A DNA stretch of 64,000 nt, from NCBI GenBank assembly GCA_034436215.1, contig DAOTVU010000069.1, positions 15,918 to 79,917 on the forward strand, read 5' to 3'. Source of the DNA: Dehalococcoidia bacterium (GTDB lineage: Bacteria; Chloroflexota; Dehalococcoidia; GIF9; UBA5629). The first letter of the stretch is position 1, and each line of letters starts with the position of its first letter. Shown here piece after piece: positions 54,096 through 64,000 of this stretch. The notes under the pieces are model-generated. The model was not told where the DNA came from. It saw only the letters and a program-made list of their open reading frames with translations, and searched no databases. Position numbers and translations under genes: made by a program.

Positions 54096-55756
54096 TTCTC
54101 CTCCGTATCAGTGTTTTCTTCAATAATACGCGCTCCCATACTGAGTGCAGCCTCTACCAGATGATTGCTGCTGGCCGGTTTAAGTGTTGATTTTGTTGCT
54201 TGGGGAATCAGAATGCAGGTAACAGTATAATTATGTCCGAAAACTTCATAAAGCTTTTTCTCGATTAAGTGGAGATATTTGCGGTTATCTATGTAATTCT
54301 TATGGAATTCATGGTAGAAGCCCAGTACAAGAGTACCATCTTTGATCTCAACCGGTTCGCATGCATGGCGTAATCTTGCGTCGAGGTTTCCGCCGGAACC
54401 CTCTCCCCGCAGCGAATTGATAAAGGTTCTCCAGTTTTTCTTGATGTACTCAAGGTCATTGGGATTTTCCATTTTAAGCGGCTCGGTGGGTCCTGTTGCT
54501 TCATCCTCAGCCGGTTCCACAAAGCCAGCTTGTTGCGGATGTACATTTGACTGTTGACTGACCAGGCTGACAGGACGTGTCATTTCACCAGTTCTGGTTG
54601 TTTTATAGGCAGTTGGTGCAGTGCGTGTTCCCTGCCAGTCTCCACGCGGAGGATTGTCTGATGTGATCTTATAATTTTTACTGGCAAATAAAACGCTTTC
54701 CACCAGAGCCAGCTCCATTGGCAAAGGAGAGCTATTATCAAGACGCAGATCCACGTTGCAGAAAAGCTTGACTGCATTAAGCAGGTAATCCAACGTTGTT
54801 CTTGTGGCGATCTTCTGCATTTCAGCCAGTTCTTCTTCGGTACAATCGATCATTTCCGGTGAGCCGGAACGTACCAGTAGAAGCTGGCGGAGGTAATCAA
54901 CGAACTCTCGGTTGAACTGCCTTAGATCAAGCCCTTCTGAGGCTACAGCATTGATAGTTTTCAGGCCAGCAGAGACATCTTTATCCAGTATATGTTCCGC
55001 AAGTTCTCGTATGCGGAGGTCGCCGCTTATACCCAGCATAGATTTGGCCTGGGAAAGTGAAATTTCATTACCGTAATAAGTGACCATCTGCTCGAGCAGA
55101 TTGGTAGCATCCCGTAGACTGCCGGTGGCGACTTTTGCTATCAACTTGAGTGCTTCAAAATCGATCTTAATCCCTTCCTGAGCACATATGTAGGATAGGC
55201 GGGATATAACAGAACTGGCCGATAAACGGTGAAAGTCGAAGCGCTGACACCGCGATGTTATGGTTGAGATGATTTTATGGGGATCTGTTGTTGCCAGGAT
55301 GAAGATTACGTGGGGAGGCGGTTCCTCCAGGGTTTTAAGGAAAGCGTTGGCGCCTTCCCTTGTAATCATATGCACCTCATCAATGATGTAGACCTTGTAG
55401 CGCAACAGGTTGGGTGAATAGTTGACGCGCTCTTTAAGCTCGTTCATATCATCGATGCCGCGGTTGCTGGCTTCGTCGATCTCAATAATATCCAGTGCAT
55501 TACCCCTGTTAATGGACATACATGAGTCACACTTATTGCAGGGCTCGCCTTCTGAAGGTGATTGGCAGTTAACAGCTTTAGCCAGAATACGTGCTGTGGA
55601 GGTTTTCCCGCTACCGCGCGGACCGCAGAAGAGATAGGCGTGTGCGATGCGGTTACTCTTGATCGCATTACGTAATGTTTGTACCACATGTTCCTGACCG
55701 GCTACCTCTGCAAATGTCTGGGGACGCCATTTACGGTAAAAGACCTGTGAATTCAT
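54092..55756 (-). CDS. dnaX: DNA polymerase III subunits gamma/tau
   Basis: GPRGSGKTS Walker A and the zinc module CNKCDSC. Confidence 0.93.
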   Translation of the reverse strand: MNSQVFYRKWRPQTFAEVAGQEHVVQTLRNAIKSNRIAHAYLFCGPRGSGKTSTARILAKAVNCQSPSEGEPCNKCDSCMSINRGNALDIIEIDEASNRGIDDMNELKERVNYSPNLLRYKVYIIDEVHMITREGANAFLKTLEEPPPHVIFILATTDPHKIISTITSRCQRFDFHRLSASSVISRLSYICAQEGIKIDFEALKLIAKVATGSLRDATNLLEQMVTYYGNEISLSQAKSMLGISGDLRIRELAEHILDKDVSAGLKTINAVASEGLDLRQFNREFVDYLRQLLLVRSGSPEMIDCTEEELAEMQKIATRTTLDYLLNAVKLFCNVDLRLDNSSPLPMELALVESVLFASKNYKITSDNPPRGDWQGTRTAPTAYKTTRTGEMTRPVSLVSQQSNVHPQQAGFVEPAEDEATGPTEPLKMENPNDLEYIKKNWRTFINSLRGEGSGGNLDARLRHACEPVEIKDGTLVLGFYHEFHKNYIDNRKYLHLIEKKLYEVFGHNYTVTCILIPQATKSTLKPASSNHLVEAALSMGARIIEENTDTEEK

Positions 55757-55873
55757 TGCGAACTAATTATACTCCAATCCAGCAAAGTGCTGGAAATACC
55801 CGATGCGGATTATCGGGTTTCTCAGTCCGCTCAATCATTCGACCAATTTCAGGTAATGATTTATCAGTACGGA

Positions 55874-56548
55874 TCAATAAAATTTTACCATTTTATCCAG
55901 TGGTTCGCGTGAGCTGCGGAAGCTGTTGGCAGGATGGTTCCAGTCAGGATAACCGATGGGTATGCCGATGACGAAAAGTTTGTTTTCAGGCAGGCCCAGG
56001 GCTTTGCGTAGGACATCCGGATAGAGCACGGGCATCAGAGCGGGGATCGTTCCCAGGCCCTGTTCTGTGGCAAGCAGCATAATTGTCTGTGTAGCCATTC
56101 CGCAATCGAAGATGTTAAAGAGATTTGCCGATTCGGCAGCGTTATACAGGTTCTTATCGATTATTATATATATGCAGCATGGTGCACCCCATAGTCGCAT
56201 ACCCCACGTATTCCATTCTGCACGTTTTGCTCTATCCTCTCGGGTTATTCCGAGCTTGTCCTGAACACCTCGCATGAGTGCCACATAGCGTGAGCGCCAT
56301 GGTTCCGGATATTCCATAGGCGCGGGGATATCAGGTCTGGGCATCTGGGAAAGACATGCAAGGACAGATTGCTTTATCTCGGTTAGCTTTTCTCCACTTA
56401 CCACCGCGTATTCGCAGGGCTGGCTGTTGCCGGAAGAGGGTACACGAAGGGCGGTCTCCATGATTTTCTTCAATATCTCCACTGGAATCGGATCCGGTTT
56501 GAAAGCACGTATAGATTGGCGTTTAATTACAGCTTCGCTAACATCCAT
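55874..56548 (-). CDS. Nitroreductase family protein
   Basis: 224 aa; RQSIRAF...PSSGNSQP FMN-binding signature. Confidence 0.8.
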   Translation of the reverse strand: MDVSEAVIKRQSIRAFKPDPIPVEILKKIMETALRVPSSGNSQPCEYAVVSGEKLTEIKQSVLACLSQMPRPDIPAPMEYPEPWRSRYVALMRGVQDKLGITREDRAKRAEWNTWGMRLWGAPCCIYIIIDKNLYNAAESANLFNIFDCGMATQTIMLLATEQGLGTIPALMPVLYPDVLRKALGLPENKLFVIGIPIGYPDWNHPANSFRSSREPLDKMVKFY

Positions 56549-56741
56549 TTTAATGCTCCTTTAAAATCAGATTTTATATCGCTGTCTAAGAGGAGGAAAA
56601 TCTCCTCAGAGAAAATTCATACTGAATTGATCTCTTTACTAATCAGACAAAAGGTTACCATATTTTCTGCATTTATGAAAAATTCTTCCTGAAAGAATGT
56701 TTGCCGAGACGTATTTAATTTATGCTATAACATTTTTAATT

Positions 56742-56772
56742 TTTACAAAAGACCCACATCCTGTGCTATAAT
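56742..56772 (+). promoter_or_regulatory. Promoter of rpsO-pnp: TTTACA, spacer, TGcTATAAT (extended -10)
   Basis: Read directly from the sequence. Confidence 0.5.
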
Positions 56773-56801
56773 CATGCGTTATAGAGTTCAGGAGTAAGAC
56801 A

Positions 56802-57065
56802 TTGGACAAGGAAAGAAAAGCGGCCATTATGAAGACGTATGCGTTGCATGAGAAAGATACCGGCTCTTCTGATGTTCAGATAGCCGTGTTGACCGAGAGG
56901 ATAAATCAGTTATCTGATCATCTGAAGCTCCATTCTCATGATCAGCATACACGTCGCTCTCTTCTCAAGCTAATCGGGAGGCGCAGGCGGTTACTGGCAT
57001 ATTTGAGCAGAGAAGATATCAACCGCTATAGAGATCTTATTGGCAAGCTCGGTTTGCGTAAATAA
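56802..57065 (+). CDS. rpsO: 30S ribosomal protein S15 (TTG start)
   Basis: 87 aa, S15 signature ...[23 protein letters not shown]. Confidence 0.93.
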   Translation: MDKERKAAIMKTYALHEKDTGSSDVQIAVLTERINQLSDHLKLHSHDQHTRRSLLKLIGRRRRLLAYLSREDINRYRDLIGKLGLRK

Positions 57066-57094
57066 GAAATTAAATAAAAAAAGAAGGTTTGAAA

Positions 57095-59335
57095 ATGTCC
57101 CAGGTTTTTAAGGCTAATGTGGGGGACAGAGATCTTATCATCGAAACCGGAAAGCTTGCACAGCAAGCGGATAGTGCGGTTACTGTCAGGTATGGTGATA
57201 CGGTCGTTCTGGTAACCGCATGTATAAGCGAAGAAATCAAAGAAGCAACCGACTTTGTACGTCTGACCGTAGATTATGAAGAGCGGCACTATGCAGTGGG
57301 TAAAATCCCGGGGAGCTTTTTAAGGCGGGAAGGTCGACCGGGTGAACAGGCTATTCTGGCAGCCCGTCTTTGTGACAGGTCGATCAGGCCACTTTTCCTT
57401 AAGAGCCTGCCGAATGATATTCAGATTATTGTTACTGTTCTTTCCACCGATCAGGAAAATGATCCGGATGTACTGGCTGTAAATGGTGCCTCAGCCGCTC
57501 TGACTATTTCCAGCATACCCTTTGATGGACCCGTGGGTGCCACACGTGTTGGTTATATCGATGGAAAATTCGTACTGAATCCACTGCTTCCTCAGATGAA
57601 TGACAGCCTGCTGGATCTCGTGGTCACCAGCAGCCGTGACAATATAGTAATGGTTGAAGCCGGCTGTAAAGAGATTTCGCCGGATATCTATCTTGAAGCC
57701 GTGAAGCTGGCGCATATTGAAAACCAGAAGATAATTAAATTGCAGGACGATATGCGTGAGGCAACGGGTAAACCCAAACGGGAAATAGAGAATGCCGGTA
57801 TCAACTCTGAATTGCTGGCAGCACTAAGTACGGAATACGAAGACAGGATTTATTCTGCTATGGAAAATACAGAGCGTGCCAGACGGCAGGCCGAGCTGGA
57901 TATAATTGCAAAGGAAGCGAAGGAGAAGCTGAAGGAGTCTTTTGTCGAAGCCGATATAGTAACCGCGCTTGATGAAGTTCAAAAGCGGATATGTCGAAGA
58001 AAGATTTTATCCACACGCAGGCATGTTGATGGCAGAGCGGCAACGCAGATAAGGCCGCTACGGGCTGAAGTGGGGCTTTTGCCAAGGACGCATGGTTCGG
58101 GATTATTTGAACGAGGAATGACACAGGTCCTTACTATCACGACCCTTGGATCGCTCGGTGAGGGCCAGCTGGTGGATGATCTGGGGTTGGAGGATACACG
58201 ACGTTTTATGCACCATTATAATTTTCCGCCCTTTTCTACCGGCGAGGTAAAAAGACTGGGATCGGTAGGCCGCAGGGAAATAGGGCATGGCGCACTCGCC
58301 CATAAAGCTCTACTGCCGGTAATACCTGATGAGCAGGAGTTTGCTTATACAATCCGATTGGTATCCGAGGTTTTAAGCTCCAATGGCAGTACCTCTATGG
58401 GAAGTGTTTGTGCCTCCTCCCTTTCGTTAATGGATGCTGGTGTTCCCATTAAGGCGCCGGTCGCTGGCATTGCTATGGGCCTGGTGACCGATAAAGAAAA
58501 CCCTGATAATTATGTCATCCTGACCGATATCGAGGGGATGGAAGATTTCTACGGTGATATGGATTACAAAGTGGCCGGTACAGAGGCTGGGATAACAGCA
58601 ATTCAGCTAGATATAAAACTGAAAGGGATCAGCCATGAGATACTTTCCAGAGCTACTATGCAGGCGCTGGAGGCCCATCGAGAGGTCATGGCAGTTATTA
58701 AGGCAGCCATACCGGCTGCGAGACCTACGCTGAGTAAATATGCTCCGCGTATGTATAAAATCACTATCGATCCCGGGAAAATAGGGCAACTGATAGGTCC
58801 CGGTGGGAAAAATATAAAGGCTATCATTGAAGAGACAAAAGCTACTATCGATGTATCAAATGATGGCACTGTGGTAATAGGCTCATCCAGCGAGGATATG
58901 GCGCGTGAAGCTATTCGACGGGTAGAAGGTCTTACTCAAGATGTAGAAGTCGGTGCCATTTATACCGGAAAAGTTACTCGACTGCAGAATTTCGGTGTGT
59001 TTGTGGAAGTCCTGCCAGGAAAGGAGGGGCTGGTCCATATCAGTGAGCTGGCAGATCACCACGTATCCCGTGTTGAGGATGTTGTTAAGGTCGGTGATGA
59101 GATAATGGTTAAGGTTACAGAAATCGATCGTCTGGGACGCATTAACCTGTCGCGCAAAGCGGTATTTACAGAGAGCAAGGTCACACCGGGAGAGGTAAGA
59201 CCATCACGTACCGTGGGGACTCATGAAAGGACACTTGCCGGGACAAGGAATCCAGTTCACGGTGATCAGAAAAGGGACAGCAAAGTTCATCAACATAACC
59301 GGCCACAGCGGGATCGCCAGCAACGTAAAAGTTAA
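57095..59335 (+). CDS. pnp: Polyribonucleotide nucleotidyltransferase (PNPase)
   Basis: Two RNase PH domains plus KH and S1 domains. I chose the ATG at 57095, with RBS GAAGGT 7 nt upstream. Confidence 0.93.
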   Translation: MSQVFKANVGDRDLIIETGKLAQQADSAVTVRYGDTVVLVTACISEEIKEATDFVRLTVDYEERHYAVGKIPGSFLRREGRPGEQAILAARLCDRSIRPLFLKSLPNDIQIIVTVLSTDQENDPDVLAVNGASAALTISSIPFDGPVGATRVGYIDGKFVLNPLLPQMNDSLLDLVVTSSRDNIVMVEAGCKEISPDIYLEAVKLAHIENQKIIKLQDDMREATGKPKREIENAGINSELLAALSTEYEDRIYSAMENTERARRQAELDIIAKEAKEKLKESFVEADIVTALDEVQKRICRRKILSTRRHVDGRAATQIRPLRAEVGLLPRTHGSGLFERGMTQVLTITTLGSLGEGQLVDDLGLEDTRRFMHHYNFPPFSTGEVKRLGSVGRREIGHGALAHKALLPVIPDEQEFAYTIRLVSEVLSSNGSTSMGSVCASSLSLMDAGVPIKAPVAGIAMGLVTDKENPDNYVILTDIEGMEDFYGDMDYKVAGTEAGITAIQLDIKLKGISHEILSRATMQALEAHREVMAVIKAAIPAARPTLSKYAPRMYKITIDPGKIGQLIGPGGKNIKAIIEETKATIDVSNDGTVVIGSSSEDMAREAIRRVEGLTQDVEVGAIYTGKVTRLQNFGVFVEVLPGKEGLVHISELADHHVSRVEDVVKVGDEIMVKVTEIDRLGRINLSRKAVFTESKVTPGEVRPSRTVGTHERTLAGTRNPVHGDQKRDSKVHQHNRPQRDRQQRKS

Positions 59336-59373
59336 GAGTCGGTTTGAACATTTAACTGCGTGAGGGTAGAAAG

Positions 59374-60177
59374 ATGTCTAAGATCAAAGTAGCAGTTAAC
59401 GGGGCCTTAGGCCGAATGGGACAGCAGGTTATCGGAGCTGTGGCTAACGATCCCGATCTCGTTTTAGTAGGAGCCGCTGATATAAAAGTGGAAAGAGAAC
59501 ATCTTACAGTTCCTGGTATCAGTGGAAAAATACCTTTACATTCCGATTTAACCACGATTATTGAGATGTATCATCCGGAAGTAGTGGTTGATTTCACAAT
59601 AGCTTCTGCAGTACCATCTACGGCCAGGCTTGCTTTAAAAAACGGCGCGCATTTGGTAGTGGGGACAACGGGTCTGCGCGATAACGATCTTAAGGAAATA
59701 GACGATTTGGCGTCCAGATATAAAAAGGGTGCTATTATAGCGGCTAATTTTGCCATAGGTGCAGTTGTCCTGATGCATCTGGCTAAAATAGCATCGAGGT
59801 ATTTCGATAATGCCGAGATCATAGAGCTTCATCATGATAGAAAAGCAGATGCACCATCGGGAACAGCACTGGCAACAGCGGATGAAATGCTGAAAGCAAG
59901 AGGCAAGCCTTTTATCTTGCCTTTAACAGAAAAGGAGACAATGAAAGGCACGCGGGGTGGCCAGATTGGGGGAGTCTCGATACACAGTGTGCGGTTACCG
60001 GGGCTGGTGGCCAGTCAGGAAGTGATCTTCGGTACAGTAGGACAGACGCTAACACTCCGGCATGATACTATCAGCAGAGAGAGCTTTATGCCGGGAGTGA
60101 TACTTGCCATAAAGGAAGTAGTTAAACGTCAGGGTCTGCTGGTGGGTTTGGATTCCATACTAAATCTGGGAGATTGA
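59374..60177 (+). CDS. dapB: 4-hydroxy-tetrahydrodipicolinate reductase
   Basis: MSKIKVAVNGALGRMG NAD-binding motif and EIIELHHDRKADAPSGTA. Confidence 0.92.
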   Translation: MSKIKVAVNGALGRMGQQVIGAVANDPDLVLVGAADIKVEREHLTVPGISGKIPLHSDLTTIIEMYHPEVVVDFTIASAVPSTARLALKNGAHLVVGTTGLRDNDLKEIDDLASRYKKGAIIAANFAIGAVVLMHLAKIASRYFDNAEIIELHHDRKADAPSGTALATADEMLKARGKPFILPLTEKETMKGTRGGQIGGVSIHSVRLPGLVASQEVIFGTVGQTLTLRHDTISRESFMPGVILAIKEVVKRQGLLVGLDSILNLGD

Positions 60178-60178
60178 T

Positions 60179-61207
60179 ATGCAGGATGGATATAACGTTG
60201 CAATCGTAGGTGCTACCGGCATGGTGGGGCAGGAGTTTATCAAAGTGCTCCTGCAGCGGAAATTTCCTGCCAGGTCGATTTCATTGTATGCATCAGATCG
60301 TTCGGCAGGAAGGAAAATGTTTGTAGGGCACGAAGAGGTTGTAGTAAAAGAGACAGCAAACGATTCATTCGATAATATTGATATTGCCCTTTTCTCGGCT
60401 GGCTCGGATATAAGCAAACACTTTGCGCCTGTTGCCGCCAAGGCTGGTGCGCTGGTAATTGATAACAGTGCCGCATGGCGCATGGATCCCAGGGTACCCT
60501 TGGTAGTTCCGGAAGTTAATCCGGAAGATATTAGAAAACACCGAGGGATTATAGCCAACCCCAATTGCTCTACCATTCAGATGGTTGTGGCTCTCTATCC
60601 GTTGCATAAAATTAACCCGATAAAAAGGATAGTAGTGGCCACATATCAATCGGTATCCGGTACCGGGCTTGCAGCTGTGGAGGAGCTGACCAAACAGTCT
60701 AAAATAGTGCTGGAAGGAGGCAATGTGGTGCCTCATGTATATGCCCATCAAATAGCGTTTAATCTATTGCCTGAAATAGATGTATTCCTCGATAATGGCT
60801 ATACCAAAGAAGAATGGAAAATGTTAGAGGAGACAAGAAAAATAATGCATGCAGATAATATTGCAGTATCTGCCACCTGCGTCAGGGTGCCGGTGTTTAT
60901 TGGTCATAGTGAGGTTGTTCAGGTGGAATTTAACGAATATATATCTCCTGATGAGGCTCGAAACATTTTGAGTAAGGCTCCCGGAGTGAAAGTGCTGGAT
61001 GATCCCAATGTAAGCCTCTATCCGCAGCCATGGCTGGCTGCCGGCACAGATGACGTATACGTTGGCAGGATCAGAGCGGATGCTTCGTATCTCAATGGTC
61101 TGGTGATGTGGGTGGTGGCTGATAATATAAGGAAAGGAGCCGCATTGAATGCAGTTCAAATAGCCGAAGAAGCGATAAAGAACGATTGGGTTAAACCTGC
61201 CAAATAA
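60179..61207 (+). CDS. asd: Aspartate-semialdehyde dehydrogenase
   Basis: VAIVGATGMVGQ and the catalytic Cys in IANPNCSTI. Confidence 0.93.
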   Translation: MQDGYNVAIVGATGMVGQEFIKVLLQRKFPARSISLYASDRSAGRKMFVGHEEVVVKETANDSFDNIDIALFSAGSDISKHFAPVAAKAGALVIDNSAAWRMDPRVPLVVPEVNPEDIRKHRGIIANPNCSTIQMVVALYPLHKINPIKRIVVATYQSVSGTGLAAVEELTKQSKIVLEGGNVVPHVYAHQIAFNLLPEIDVFLDNGYTKEEWKMLEETRKIMHADNIAVSATCVRVPVFIGHSEVVQVEFNEYISPDEARNILSKAPGVKVLDDPNVSLYPQPWLAAGTDDVYVGRIRADASYLNGLVMWVVADNIRKGAALNAVQIAEEAIKNDWVKPAK

Positions 61208-61224
61208 CACAACGGAGTGTTGAA

Positions 61225-62118
61225 ATGAAGAAGTTTGGTCGTTTGCTAACAGCTATGGTAACACCATTTGATGATGGAGGTGGAGTGGATTATGAACAGG
61301 CAAAGAAACTGGCACGTGCACTGCTGGCTTCGGGAAGCGATGGGCTTGTTGTCAGTGGCACCACCGGCGAAAGCCCTACACTCAGCATGGAAGAAAAACT
61401 ACGCCTTTTCTCTGAGATAAGATCTGCTGTGGATAAAAGCGCAACAATTGTGGCGGGGACAGGTAATTATAATACGCGTGAGAGCATAGAACTTACGCGC
61501 GAAGCTGAAAAAACCGGTGTGGATGCCTGTTTGCTGACTGTCCCCTACTATAATAGACCGACGCAGGATGGATTATATGAGCATTTCAAGGCTATAGCTG
61601 AGAAGACCACTCTACCCTGTATTATCTATAATGTGCCATCACGTACTGTAACCAACCTGACCGCAGATACGACAATACGGTTGAGCAGGATAGACAATAT
61701 TGTCGGCATCAAGGAAGCGAGCGCGGACTTCACACAGATTGCGAAGATTATCGAGGGTGCAGATAGAGATTTTATTGTTTACAGTGGAAACGATGGGGAT
61801 ACATTCACTGTATTGAGTCTGGGTGGATACGGGGTTATAGGTGTTATTACACACCTGGTTGGTCTGCAGTACAGGAAAATGATGGATGCCTTTTTTGCCG
61901 GACAGATTGCAGAAGCTGCCAGATTGCATCGCAGTTTTATACCACTGGTAAGTGCCATGTTTCTGGTAGGCAATCCGATGCCAATAAAATATGCTCTTAA
62001 TTACCTTGGCTTCAGGGTGGGAAAGCCAAGGTTACCACTCGTGGAGCCAGACGCGAAGACAAAATCTATAATTGAGACAACTCTGAAAGATTATAAAATA
62101 GATCTGCCGATTAAATGA
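61225..62118 (+). CDS. dapA: 4-hydroxy-tetrahydrodipicolinate synthase
   Basis: GSDGLVVSGTTGESPTLS and the active-site Lys region. Confidence 0.92.
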   Translation: MKKFGRLLTAMVTPFDDGGGVDYEQAKKLARALLASGSDGLVVSGTTGESPTLSMEEKLRLFSEIRSAVDKSATIVAGTGNYNTRESIELTREAEKTGVDACLLTVPYYNRPTQDGLYEHFKAIAEKTTLPCIIYNVPSRTVTNLTADTTIRLSRIDNIVGIKEASADFTQIAKIIEGADRDFIVYSGNDGDTFTVLSLGGYGVIGVITHLVGLQYRKMMDAFFAGQIAEAARLHRSFIPLVSAMFLVGNPMPIKYALNYLGFRVGKPRLPLVEPDAKTKSIIETTLKDYKIDLPIK

Positions 62119-63394
62119 TTTTTTTGATGGTGATGCTTTGATCACGCCTTGGACCTATGGAGATTATATGGAAGGGGCAGCCGATTAATTCTTCGATCCT
62201 TTTTATGTAGCGGAGTGCATTAGGCGGGAGCCTTTTAACATCTCGAATATCACTGGTGCTGGTTTTCCAACCGGGTAGTTCTTCATAAACAGGCTGGCAG
62301 GTCTCAAGTGCCTTTATATCGGCAGGGAAGTGATTAATCGTCTTATTGCCAATTTTATAGGCAACACATATTTTGACCGTATCCATTTCATCAAGCACAT
62401 CGAGTCTGGTCAGTATGGCACTGTTAAAACCGTTGAGTTCAGTGCTGTAACGACCTATGACAGCATCGAACCAACCACAGCGGCGGGCCCGCCCGGTGGT
62501 GGCACCGTATTCGTGTGCGCGTTCTCTTATATAGTCTCCAAGCTTATCTTTAAGCTCTGTCGGCATTGGCCCGGAACCTACTCTGGTTATATAGGCTTTG
62601 AAGATGCCAACAACCCGCTCGAGGGCTCTTGGGTTTATGCCCGACCCCAGGCAGGCCCCCGCGGCCAGAGGAGACGACGAAGTCACGTAAGGATAAGACC
62701 CAAAATCTGTGTCTAACATTGTGCCCTGGGCGCCTTCCAGCACGATATTGCGACCTCTGGAGACGAGATCGTTAATCATCGAAGTGGTATCTTTTATATA
62801 TACAGACATTCGTCTGGCATAGCCGCTGTATTCCTCAAATATACTGTCGAGGCTCAGAGGAGGTTGGTCGTAGATTCTGGTTAATAAATCATTTTTTGAG
62901 GAAAGGATAGTCTTAAGACGGGATTTAAAGTTTTCAGGGTCGAGCATATCGGATATACGGATACCTCTTCTCGCGGTCTTGTCGGCAAAAGCTGGACCTA
63001 TTCCTTTTCTGGTTGTTCCGATGGCTCCTTCTCCGCGTCTTTCCTCTTCCAAACCATCAAGCAATATATGCCAGGGCATAATGACATGTGCCCGATCGCT
63101 GATGTGCAGATTGCTCACGTCAACGCCCTTGCTCTGAAGATTATCAATTTCCTCCAGAAGTACTCTGGGATTTACCACCACACCATTTCCAATTATACAG
63201 GCTGCCCGGGGATAACAAATGCCGGAGGGCACAACATGAAGCCTGAATTCACCTTTTGGGTTTATCACAGTATGGCCGGCATTGTCACCACCAGAAAAGC
63301 GGATGACAGCATCCGCTTTTTCGGCCAGGAGATCTACTATTTTCCCTTTGCCTTCATCGCCCCACTGGGCACCGATAACTGCTACTACTGACAT
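62111..63394 (-). CDS. purA: Adenylosuccinate synthetase
   Basis: MSVVAVIGAQWGDEGKGKIVD. Its 3' end overlaps the 3' end of dapA by 8 nt, convergently. Confidence 0.95.
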   Translation of the reverse strand: MSVVAVIGAQWGDEGKGKIVDLLAEKADAVIRFSGGDNAGHTVINPKGEFRLHVVPSGICYPRAACIIGNGVVVNPRVLLEEIDNLQSKGVDVSNLHISDRAHVIMPWHILLDGLEEERRGEGAIGTTRKGIGPAFADKTARRGIRISDMLDPENFKSRLKTILSSKNDLLTRIYDQPPLSLDSIFEEYSGYARRMSVYIKDTTSMINDLVSRGRNIVLEGAQGTMLDTDFGSYPYVTSSSPLAAGACLGSGINPRALERVVGIFKAYITRVGSGPMPTELKDKLGDYIRERAHEYGATTGRARRCGWFDAVIGRYSTELNGFNSAILTRLDVLDEMDTVKICVAYKIGNKTINHFPADIKALETCQPVYEELPGWKTSTSDIRDVKRLPPNALRYIKRIEELIGCPFHIISIGPRRDQSITIKKII

Positions 63395-63467
63395 ATCATC
63401 TTTCCAAATACAGGCTGCCTTTTTTACACAACCTGTAATAATAAGGGAGTATGGCTAAGCCTGTCAA

Positions 63468-63689
63468 CTAAAGTTTTGACATATACCGCCTGCCCCAGAA
63501 ATAAAGAAGGGTAATTCCTCCTACAATGAGGATGATAAGGCCTGTTAAAATTGTAAGAAATATCAAGGAGATAAAATCTATCCCTATCCAGTAGATACCT
63601 ACCGAAGCCAGACTGATGGCAACTACAATTGAGACGCAAGTCAGCAAAGCTAATGTGGTGAGTGCATATTTAAAAGCATTATCGCTCAT
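63468..63689 (-). CDS. Small membrane protein, 73 aa, two predicted TM helices
   Basis: A hydrophobic coherent ORF between purA and the downstream phosphatidyltransferase gene. No recognisable family. Confidence 0.45.
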   Translation of the reverse strand: MSDNAFKYALTTLALLTCVSIVVAISLASVGIYWIGIDFISLIFLTILTGLIILIVGGITLLYFWGRRYMSKL

Positions 63690-63713
63690 ATTACCTCATA
63701 TGTGTATATTGTA

Positions 63714-64000
63714 TTACAAAGTTTTAGATCTTCGCCAAACGTGAAAAAAACGCTGTCCCACAGTTATGAAAGAAAGGATAACCACCAGTGATAACGCCAA
63801 GAACACCAGATTCAAGAGCAGTCCCAGTGCCAGTATTATGACCCGCTCGGGCCGTGTGAACAAACCCACGCTACAGTCGATCTGAAGACCTTCAGCACGG
63901 GCGCGGATATAGCTGGTGAGAAAGGAGCCGGTCAAAGCCAGGAAAATAAGCACCAGTTGCATAGTGGTATTATAGGGCCAAATGCTAGTCGATGTAATAA
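63714..64000 (-). CDS. CDP-alcohol phosphatidyltransferase family protein (C-terminal part; gene continues beyond the window end)
   Basis: C-terminal ...SYIRARAEGLQIDCSVGLFTRPERVIILALGLL plus TM helices. The frame remains open upstream of the ORF-track Met at 63962. Confidence 0.65.
   Translation of the reverse strand, partial: ITSTSIWPYNTTMQLVLIFLALTGSFLTSYIRARAEGLQIDCSVGLFTRPERVIILALGLLLNLVFLALSLVVILSFITVGQRFFHVWRRSKTL

Noticed and set aside
55675-55971. 98-aa + strand ORF across the dnaX/nitroreductase junction
   Set aside because: It overlaps the 5' end of dnaX and the 3' end of the nitroreductase gene on the opposite strand.
63962-63962. Met at 63962 as the start of the last gene
   Set aside because: The reading frame stays open upstream to the window end. 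The gene is truncated by the window boundary.

Overview
This 64 kb window is bacterial chromosomal core DNA, about 45% GC, densely packed with housekeeping genes. It starts inside dnaA (minus strand, 3' end truncated by the window start) and its divergent promoter. Next come fmt, a zinc metallopeptidase, mazG, a tRNA-Pro(CGG), an archaeal-type phosphoglycerate-mutase-like gene fused in an operon with aspartokinase, gyrA, and a mixed block of stress and sensor genes: a CBS-containing M50 protease, a Usp protein, RmuC, two tandem B-box membrane paralogs, a TIGR03960-like radical SAM protein and a 1653-aa multi-PAS/GAF histidine kinase. The centre is a nearly complete str-S10-spc-alpha ribosomal superoperon running from rpsL to rpsI, with no tuf after fusA and with secY, adk, map, infA, rpmJ, rpoA and truA embedded. 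The last third is a long minus-strand run (dnaX, ybaB, recR, recO, a kinase fusion, ahcY, metK, pgm, pgi), then rpsO-pnp, dapB-asd-dapA, purA, and a truncated CDP-alcohol phosphatidyltransferase gene at the window end. I found no CRISPR array, IS element, prophage or rRNA. The most unusual items are: a 31-aa bS22-like basic peptide gene hidden between rplW and rplB; an L24 carrying a C4 zinc-ribbon; the RmuC operon with two Trp-rich B-box membrane paralogs; an APH-like/P-loop kinase fusion translationally coupled to ahcY-metK; a TPR/acidic-tail protein coupled to gyrA; and a 440-bp unexplained non-coding gap next to the tRNA. I see no clear novel defence or mobile system, so the findings below are individual anomalies rather than one coherent undescribed system.
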